From Geosiphon pyriformis uo1 (Eukaryota > Fungi > Glomeromycota), in assembly GCA_016748015.1 (NCBI GenBank), contig JAAOMT010000503.1:666534-730533 (forward strand): a stretch of DNA of 64,000 nt, read 5' to 3'. A program made the translations under genes and the position numbers. The notes beneath the pieces were generated by a model, which ran no database searches, was not told the origin of the DNA, and saw only the letters and a program-made list of their open reading frames with translations. Each line of letters begins with the position of its first letter. Position 1 is the first letter of the stretch. Below are positions 47,793-57,716 of this stretch, piece by piece.

Positions 47793-50700
47793 GTGGCAGA
47801 ATCAGAAATAATAGGGACAAACCATCTAAGATTTGCAAAATTCTTATTTTAATAGTACAGCCAGCAGCTAGGCCTAAACAACAACCATTACCCAGCAGAA
47901 TCAGCTTTCAACTTCTACATCAATGAAAGAATCACAAATTTTTTAAGAAGACCAGTTGACATTGAATCAGCAAAAGAAAATTTCTATTTGGAACTAATCC
48001 AACACACCAACTTACCCAGAAATTACAGCTTTGCACCCATCATCAGAGAAATCAACCAAGAAATTGAAAGATATACACAAAAGATATTTCCTATTACTTA
48101 CCAGGACAAAGGCAAAGAAAAACTACAGACACCAGCAGTAACACCCAAAGAAATACAAATTCCTAATTGAAAAAAACAAAGAATTAAATCTTCAATATAC
48201 CCATCATATCATCACACACCCAGAAGTACCATCAACATTACATCAGCAGACACATCCACCAGTACAAAGATGTCACTAGCAAGAATTGCATTTCAGAGTA
48301 AACAAAAGAAAAACGAACTATTAAGAGCATACGGCAATTATTTTGAAGGATTTAAATCGAGATTGCTAACACTATCAGGATTTTGATCACTGCCTCATCA
48401 GCCAGATTTCAGAATCATCAGTCCCTGGAAAATTACTGAATCAGAAGAAAAAGAAGATGAGGATCAGGAATTTAATTACCAAAACCCGATTCTAAAAGAC
48501 CTAAACATTCAAACTCAGCAACATTTAGAAAATTTGGAAATCAAAACTCCGAATATTTGAATCCCACCAAATCAAAGAAATCAAAATCCTGAGTTAATTT
48601 ATCAGCAAAATTTACTTTCAGTTATTGTCATCGATCAACCACCAATTGAGCCAATCAGTGAGCCAATTCAACTACCTCAAGTACCACCCCAACAATCATT
48701 ATCTCTTCAACAACCACTTCAACAGCCACCACAACCACCCAACTTAGATCCAATGGCCTACGCACCAATTGCAAAACTTGACAACTTTACTGGCAAAGAG
48801 GACGATGCTCAAGTATGGCTGAATGATGTAGAAAAAACCATTACAGCCAACAGATGAAATGATGCCTGGGCAATGCAAACTATTTCCTACTTTCTCAAGG
48901 ATACCGCCAATTCATGGTACCAGAGCTTGATTAATAAACCACAAGATTTTGATGCCTTCAAAGTGGAATTCCTAAGATACTTCAGCAACAATAACAGCAT
49001 CAATTGCCTAGTCAACACGTTCACCACCATGAAACAAGGAGAAACTGAAGCAGTCACCACTTACCTGGGATGCTTTTATCAAAATCTGTGCCAAATTCAA
49101 GCAATTGACACCAACTACTTCACAGCACCACAGATCTTCAACCAGTTTATCTGTGGCCTGCGCAGCAGTATTCTGCAACATGTATGTCTGTTGCATCCAG
49201 ACACACTTCAAAACGCAATCACACACGCCAGAGATTTTGAATCTGCTGAGTCAGAGGCCAACTACACCCAAGCCATTAATCTAGTAATGAATAGATTATT
49301 TGAATTGGATTCTAAATTGGAGAAGTTCAGTGAATCAATTAATAAGAAATTAGAAGGATACTTAGCTGACAATCATGCCATATATTAGTCTCCATAACGA
49401 TGCAATAATCAAGAAAACTCTACTCATGGCCAAAATCAACCATGTCCATCTTTATCAACCAATCAACAGTAACAACAGGAAACACGTATCTGCCACTATT
49501 GTGGTAAACAAAAACATATTCAAATCAACTGCCACCAGCATTTAAATAACTAACAATCAGGAAATCAATATCGAAACCCCAATCACCAGTTCTCAACTCC
49601 GAATTATCAATCAAACTCAACACAATATCAAACTACTTACCTGCTAATAACACAGCAATCAATTTATTAACCACCAATATATCAAGCTCCAATTTATCAA
49701 CCAATGGCCCCAATTTATTAGCCACAGCCACAGGTAATATATCAACCACAACCGCCAACAATCTATCAACCCCAAACAATTCAGATCCCACCACAAAACT
49801 TACTGGCCAGTGGAGTCCAAAGACCAAGAATCATGCAGCAAAACTGGAGATTGTCAATGGTAGTTCATCAGCCAATCCCCAGCTTCTTCAGTCAAACAGG
49901 ATCTTGTCAACAGAATTCAAGCACCAGAAATTCCCAAAACCCGAATTCCCAGAACTATTTAAGTCTCCTGGTTACCCCAGAAGACGTCTCACCCAGCAAC
50001 CAAGAACCCACCCAAAAACAACAAACATGTACTAGCAATATTCTATCAGCAACAGTCACCAACGACAAATCACTAGATGCCATTTTTTCATTCGAACTCG
50101 AGGAACCATCAACCACGCCATTATTTAGTGAAGCCACACTAGAAGAAAAGCCAATTACTGCCATGTACACTGATGTGAAAATTGATGGCCATCTCATCAA
50201 ACTAATTCTTGACAGTGGTTCAACAGGCAGCATCATTACACGACAACTCATGAATCAATTAGGTCGCCAAGTTGATTGAGCTGCTAGCACCAGAATCATC
50301 ATGGCTGATAGAGTGATCAAGACTCCAATTAGCAAAATTGATGACTTACCAATCAAAATTAATGGCATCATAGTACTAATCAAAGTACTCATTATGAAAG
50401 CCACCCAATACCAAGCTCTAGTTGGTAATGACTGGCTGTCCAAAATGAATGCCACTTTGGACTGGAATACACAAGAGCTTCAACTCAGCCAGAACGGGTG
50501 ACACACGCAAGTACCAGCAACATGTGGCCACTTCAAGACTACCAATACCATGGCTCCACTAATCGACTTCGAGGAAGAAAAACCAAAACCTACCTGGAAA
50601 GCCTACTAAGTGTTATGAGCTGACAAAGAGCACAACAAGCTGCCACCAATACTCTCTTAGGACAACAACGGGAAAGGAAAGCAGACAAATGAACTTACCT

Positions 50701-53700
50701 GGGAAACTAATGATCTGACTTGGACCGACAACGAACAAAAAGAAGCCTCCAGTTGGGAATAAAACGAAGATAAGGAAAAAAGAAAAGAAAGAAAAAACAC
50801 CACCAACCACCGCTATTTATAATTCCTACACCCACTACACTCCACAACAATTCAATTATCGATGGCCAAGGCTTGTATGTGTTGATTGTGACAAGAAACT
50901 GTCGTTAATGGGCGCATGCTGTGGTGACAATGAGGAATACCACATCGCAACAAAGTTCTACTGTCATCCATGCTTACTTGAATGCTTTGGATGACCAAAA
51001 AGGCAAAGAAAATAGGATAACCAATCTTGTCTCACTTGTGGGGAGACCCTGCTAGATGAAGAGATATGGAACAACATCCCAGGATGTAGAAAAACGTGCA
51101 ATGTGTCATGTCAATACACAATTCTAATAAGTGACTGGATAAAGAAAAGAACACCAATAGAAGCAGTCTGGAAAAGAGCTGTGCAGCAACTGGACAGTTG
51201 TTCACATGACGATGACAAAATTTGGAGAATGGCAATCAGCAAAATAGAAGGAGTGACACCCGAAGAGATTAGGAAAATCAAAAACAACCCACCAGAACCC
51301 ATCGAGCTTGACTGGAACGCAGAGCCAGTCATAAATTTTCTGGAACCAGAAGAGTTTTATAAACACTACCAGAACTTGGCACCCACTAGAGAAGAGTAAG
51401 AACAATGGCTAGCACAGTTGAATACAAGACTGTGTTACTATTGTTTAATTCCCAGTGACTTTGAATATTGTGACAATTGTGACTTCATTTACAATTTACC
51501 ACCACGCATAATCTACACGATCTCTGAAGAGGAAGAACTAATCAGCAGCTGCACATCGGAGTCGGAATTGCCACTCAATTCCAATTCAAACCCCGACAAT
51601 GATAACAACAGAAATAACAGTTCCAGCTCCGTTCAAAATAGCAATGACAAGGACAACAATATCAAATCAGATTTAAACTCCGACTCAAACTATGGACAAT
51701 ATATTGCGCTTTTTGACCTCACTAAGGAACAAGAACTGAAATAGTTCAGCGATAATAATGAAAAGATTATGCCAGAACGCATGCATGATACTGATGCAGG
51801 ATTTGATCTAAGATATCCAGGAACAGAAGCCATCAAATTGGAACCAGATATATGCACACTTGTATTGATTTGAAAATAGCACTGAAAATTCCAGCAACAA
51901 CAATGGTTCAATTAGCATTTAGGAGTAGTTTAGCAAAAAGAAGGATTAATATAAGAGAAAGAATAATTGATGCAGAATATGTGGAAAATATCATCACTAT
52001 ACTACAAAATGACTCAAACAAGGCCTATATAATAGAGCCAAACAAAAAGATAGCACAGGCAATATTCTTACCTTTGGTTAAGATAGCTCAATTAGTACTG
52101 GTGGGGTCAATGGATAGAATAGATGTACCAGTTAATATGACAGAGAAAAAAATTGTTGGCCAAAGAGAAATTATCTCAATTGGCCAAGCTATTTCCATTC
52201 CATCATATAGCCAGTACATGCTAACAATAGAAAGGAAGGAAAAAGAGCAAGAACAGATTTTTGAAGCTAAAGCAAGCCTTTGTGAATCAGAAAAAATTGG
52301 ACTGATCAATCTCCACATACCAGCCAAAAGCTATAGCCACATAAAAATTCCCATCTATAACAACACTGGCAATGTCATTAATATACCAGAAGGAACCACC
52401 ATTAGATATTTAACCACAGAAATAGAAAACCAATCACCAAACCCTATTCCAGATTTTCCACAACTTTGTGGATATGTCGACATCACATTACAAACAATTT
52501 ATAGACAAGACAAATGTTATTTACTCCAACCAAAACAATTGGAACAAATGAACATGGGAAATTTAGATCCATTCCAACATATGCAGCTCAAGATGTTGCT
52601 CAACAATTTCAAAGACATTTTTGCCAGTGAAAATGAGTTTGGCTGAACTGACATCATCCAGCATCAGATCAAGACTAGAGATGCAATGCCAATTAAACAA
52701 AAAGCATACAGAGTGCTGCCAGCCAGCCACAAGATCATCCATCAAGAGATAAACCGAATGCTTGACAATGGGCTAATTCAACCATCAATAAGCCCATGGT
52801 TGTCACCAGTAGTACTTGTTCGTAAAAAAAATGGGAAAATCTGATTTTGTGTGGACTACAGGAAACTCAACAGTATAACTTGTGGAGACAGCTATCCAAC
52901 TCCATGAATACAAGAATTTATTCGACGCTTTTGGTGGGAACAAATGGTTCTCAACATTAAACTTAGACAGTGGTTATTGGCAAGTAGCCATGAATCCAGC
53001 TGACAAAGAGAAGACAGCATTTACCACTAGAGAAGAGAATTTCGAATTTGAAGTGATGCCATTGGGCTTAACCAACACCCAGCCACTTTTCAACAGCTAA
53101 TGGAAATCGTTTATATTGGCTTATTATGGAAATCAGTAGTTGTATACTTGGATGACACCAATGTATTCTCAAAAACATTTGATAATCACCTTCATCATCT
53201 TCAACAAGTGTTCGAAAGGTTAAGAAGAGCAGGACTAAAGTTAAATGCAACAAAGTGCTTCTTTGGCAAAACAGAACTAAAATTCTTGGGACACATAGTC
53301 AGTAAAAATGGTATCAAAACGGATCCAGAGAAAATAGAGATAGTAAAGAACTTTCTAGTACCAACCAATGTGACTGAATTGAAATCATTCTTGGGATTCG
53401 CGAGCTATTATCAATGCTTTATAAAGAACTTTTCAAAAATAGCTCAACTGCTCAATAATCTGCAAACCATGAATACCAAATATGAATGAACAGAAAGTCA
53501 ACAAGAAGCTTTTGATATTCTCAAAAGAAAGCTCATTCAAGCTCCAATACTAATCTACTCAGATCACAACAAACTATTTATTATTACTACTGATGCATTA
53601 GGCCAAGCATTGGAAGCAGTACTATCTCAAAAGGGACCAGACAGCAGAGAACATCCAATAACATATGCCAGCTGAGGTTTAACACCAGCCGAAAAGAATT

Positions 53701-53948
53701 ATGGAACAACAGAACTAGAACATTTAGCAATCTATTGGGCAGTTATGAAGTAGAACAAATACTTGAACCAAAAGTTTGATATATACACAGATTATAAAAG
53801 GTTAATATCACTTCAAAAGCAAGAATTTGATGACAGCCACCAATCCAGATGAAAAATGGCACTATCACAATATACTTATACTATATACTATAAGAAAGGA
53901 AAAGACAATGAAAATGCTGATGGTTTGTCACAAATAAGACAAATCTAA
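47793..53948 (+). pseudogene. Element D polyprotein pseudogene (dUTPase motif-5 region partly deleted)
   Basis: MAYAPIAKLDNFTG gag; CHYCGKQKHIQINC; LILDSGSTGS; HDTDAGFDL; YLDD; ends QIRQI* at 53948. Confidence 0.9.
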
Positions 53949-54015
53949 GAATATTTCAACCAAAAAAAAAAAAATATAACAAAACCAGAACAATACTAAC
54001 GGAAAATAACAAAAG

Positions 54016-54420
54016 ATGAACATACAAAAATATCAACAACCCCAACATTATATAAACACTCAACAGTTTAAGGAGAATTTATCTCAAATGGAACAAAAAA
54101 GGATCAAATAACAATCAAAATATTTTATCACTTACCAAAATATACTTTATCGGAAAAATAGGAGGGATCTAGATTAGCCAACCAGAGTGATTACAGAGCC
54201 AGAAAAAGAGACAATATTATTCAACATGCACTCAAATCCAACAGCCAGACACTTTCACAAGGAAGCAACCATGGAAAAAACCAGAAAAAGATACTATTGG
54301 CCATCAATGTATCCAGACATCATCCAATATGTTCAAAATTGTGATGCTTGTCAGCAAAAAGGAGGAACAAGACCCAGTGAACCATTAAGACCAATCAAAG
54401 TGGGACAACCATTTGACCGG
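54016..54420 (+). pseudogene. Element D integrase N-terminus (MNIQKYQQ...HSNPTARHF...CDACQQKGG), cut by element E
   Basis: Own ATG 67 nt after the RNase H stop; HHCC zinc domain. Confidence 0.85.
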
Positions 54421-54814
54421 TGTTATAGATAAACTTGGTGGGTATAGGAAATGGTAACATTTGGTGCTCTCAATTATTGATGATGTGTCTTCTGTGTAAT
54501 TCTGTTGGCTTAGTCTTGATTATTAGTCTCTGAAGGTCTATTCCTGGATGTGAATTTTACCTGTTGAGTTCTTTGGTTATAAGGCACAGAGTTTGTCTTT
54601 TGTCAATTGCAACATTTTTCGTAAATGTGAGCTTTCTTCTCCAAGCTAATGAGTGCAGTCATTAGGGTCTGGCATTGTTTTTTCGCCCTTCTGGTAAGCT
54701 AACAAGATAATGTTAATATCCAAAACTTAGGGGGAGCTTCCCTCTTTTACCAGGCTATCACGAAGTCTATTCCCAGACAGTCAATTTTACTATGTTGCTG
54801 CTCCACAAAAAAAT

Positions 54815-54872
54815 AAGACAGAAAAAAAAAGAAAAAGAAAAAGAAAAGAAAAGAAAAGAAAAGAGAGAAAAG
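54815..54872. repeat. (GAAAA)n purine tract inside the element E LTR (partner at 63968-64000)
   Basis: Direct tandem run in both LTRs. Confidence 0.8.
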
Positions 54873-55550
54873 ATAAATTAGTATCATCAATTGCCGTGAT
54901 CAAAAGTGATTGGTCCAAATTGTTAATAGGTTTAAGACGGTTATGCTAAGAGCATCTGTTCTAGAATGGAGGTACGAGACAAGGGTTAATTCATGTAAAT
55001 TCCACAAAGTTCGAGAACATGAATTTGTGATTCTGATTTCTTTTAATAATTGGTTTATTTTAGGAGATGAAATAGGGAAGATAATAAAGGATGAAGGTGT
55101 ATAGATATTTTAATTTCTGGTCTAGAGGTTCGTATCTATTTTTTTCTTTTTTTTTTCTTATTTCTACAACTACTTGCTTTTATACATTCTTTTGGTTTTA
55201 CAAGATTGCTTTCAATTGTCTTGCTATTGCTAGCTATTGCTTTGTTGTTTCTGTTATTGCTTCATTTTTCTATGTTATTGCTAGTTATCCTATGTTATAA
55301 CACATTATCTAACGTTATTACATATTATTCTGTGTTATCCTGCGTTATAACACGTTATTCTATGTTATTGTGCACTATTCTGTGTTATCCTGTGTTATAA
55401 CACGTTATCCAATGTTATAATGCGTTATCCAATGTTATAACACGTTATTCAATATTATTGCATGTTATTCTGTGTTATGTCATGTTTTGGTCATGTTTTT
55501 TCATAACTTTGGATCGGTTTTTCTACTCAGGTAACATTATCCCTCTCTTT

Positions 55551-56258
55551 TTAAAATTGAGCTTCTGCGAAACTGTATGTATCTGTTATTATGGCTTTGT
55601 TTGTGTAATGTTCAATTGTTGCCTTAAGTATTGCCTTTTGTAGGTCTTCAAACTGTTGATTGGTTATTTGTCCTATGTTGTTAACCATTATGGTTTTCAT
55701 AGATCTATTCAGTAGTACGTTTGGACAATGTTGGAAAGCGGTGTATAGTCAGTATGCTGCTTTGTAATATAGGGTCAGGTTGTTTTTCCCTACGAATTTT
55801 TCTACTTGTTGTATTGCTTCTTTATTGAATGTTTTCAAGTCAAGCTGTTCTCCAATTTTGTAGAACCAATAAGCTGAAGGAAGTTTTTCTTTCCATTCCT
55901 GGGTGTTGTCAGATGTCCACTCCTTTGTTTCAGGGAGTTCAGTTCCACGAGCTAAAGCTTCTTTTATTTCTTCAAGCTTGGGGACCAAGTATCTTCATTT
56001 GTAATCTTTTTCTTGTTTTTTGCCTCCTTCTTTTCCACTTTCTGCTCGAAGGCAATTTTTTCTCCCATATTGTCTTTCGGATGGTGGGTAGGAGAGGGAA
56101 CATTTAGTTCTAATTAAACTCTCGTCCTCCTCTCTCCTGCTCTTATCTTTGTACCATATTTCTTTTTTATCAATTGTTATTTCTATTTGAGATGTCAATT
56201 TTTGAATTGTTTCAAATAATTGTTTAGATAATTTTAAAATTTGATCTGAAAAGTCCAT
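55551..56258 (-). pseudogene. Element E ORF3, unknown function (MDFSDQILKLSKQLF...), with two internal TGA stops
   Basis: One frame from ATG 56258 to TAA 55551 next to the PPT; motif similarity to C ORF3. Confidence 0.75.
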
Positions 56259-56338
56259 GTTGAAATTTCTATTGTTTCTTGCTGCTTTTCGGATGCTATA
56301 TATATTTGAATTCCCCAATTTAATTTGTTGCCCGTTGT

Positions 56339-57706
56339 CTACATTTTGATAATGATGATTGGTTTTAGATCTCGTGGTATATCTTCTGGTCTGATTAATG
56401 AAATTTGTGTTCCTAGTTGAGGTACTGATGATGATGATTCCTGTTTTACATGATAAATTTTTAACTAATTTCCATGCGCTACTTTCTTTAAAATTCTGTT
56501 TTTCAATCATAATTTGTAAGCTTTATTTCCTAATGCTTCGTGTATATGGAATAGACCATTCCACTTTGGGTCAAACTTTCCACTCCACTGTTTCTCAGCT
56601 TTTGTATGATGTAACAGTACTTGGTTTCCAATCTTGAATTCCATTGGTTTTTCTGATAGGTGTTTATCATGTCTTTCTTTTTGTTGTTCTTGAGCGTAAC
56701 TAATATTGTCAGCTGCTGTTCTTTGATTGTTTTCCAATGTTTTCATTAGCTGGTATGTTCTTTGGTATAAGATAGCCTCAAAATTCTCTTCATTGATTGT
56801 TTCTGTTGGGTATGACAGTATCACTTATTCAATCGGTAATGTAGTTTTTCTTCTATAGACTAGTTCGAACGGTGTGAACTGAGTCATATTTTGTTTCAAT
56901 GTTCGGTATGCAAAGAGTACAAAAAGTATGAATAAGTCCCATTCTTGTTTGTTTTTATGACTTATTTTTGTTAGTGCTTCACACAGTGTTCTGTTAAACT
57001 GTTCTATCAATCTGTTTGTTTGTGGGTGGTATGGTGACAATAAGGGTTTCTTTATTCCAAACCATTGGCTTAGTTCAGTCAGCATATTATTAACAAAGTG
57101 TGTTCTCTGATCAGATAATAATTCTTTCGGACATCCATGTCAGCAAATTAGGTCTTGATGCACAAATTCGGCAACTGTTTTGGTGTCAGCCACTTGGATT
57201 GCTCTGGCTTTTGGCCATTTTGTAAGATAGTCTATGGCTATAGCAATATAACAATTTCCTTGAGATGTAATTGAAAGAAGTCCAACCAAATCGATCCCGA
57301 TTCTATCAAATAGATTTCCAACTGGAATGGGTCAAAGTGATTCTGTTGATCTTGCTCCTCCTCTTTGCTGGCATGTGTCACAATAGAGCATGTATTCGAA
57401 AATGTCTTTGTGCATCATTGGCTAATAGTATAAGTTTAGTGTTTTTTTGAGAGTAGCATCTTTGTTAAAGTGTCCTGCAGTCAGATCTAAGTGTACACTA
57501 TATAGTATAGTTTCTCTTTCACTGTCCGTGATTAGTTGTTGTGGGTTGGGATGGTTTCAGCATTCTCGTTGATATAGTTGGTTGTCTTGAATAAAATAAT
57601 TTTGGGCTTGTTTTTGTATGGTACTCTGTTCCTGTTGAGATAATATCTTCTTGAAACATAGTGTCGATAGGTACTGATGTAGTCATTAATAAGTGAGTGT
57701 GTCCAT
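56339..57706 (-). pseudogene. Element E integrase, separate ORF (MDTLTY..LHQYLSTL...)
   Basis: HLDLTAGHF...CDTCQQRGG, IGIDLVG, SPYHPQTNRLIEQFNRTL, KWNGLFHI; single frame. Confidence 0.88.
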
Positions 57707-57716
57707 GGGTCTGGAA

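Larger units (their letters stand above)
46861..54420 (+). mobile_element. Ty3/Gypsy element D (A/B-type LTR 46861-47730, PBS at 47733), inserted 42 bp after the B integrase stop and interrupted in its integrase by element E
   Basis: LTR TATTAC...GTAATA homologous to A/B LTRs; PBS; full decayed polyprotein; no PPT before the LTR. Confidence 0.88.

Noticed and set aside
55280-55480. CRISPR-like array
   Set aside because: Degenerate head-to-tail units without unique spacers, inside a eukaryotic LTR, and no cas genes
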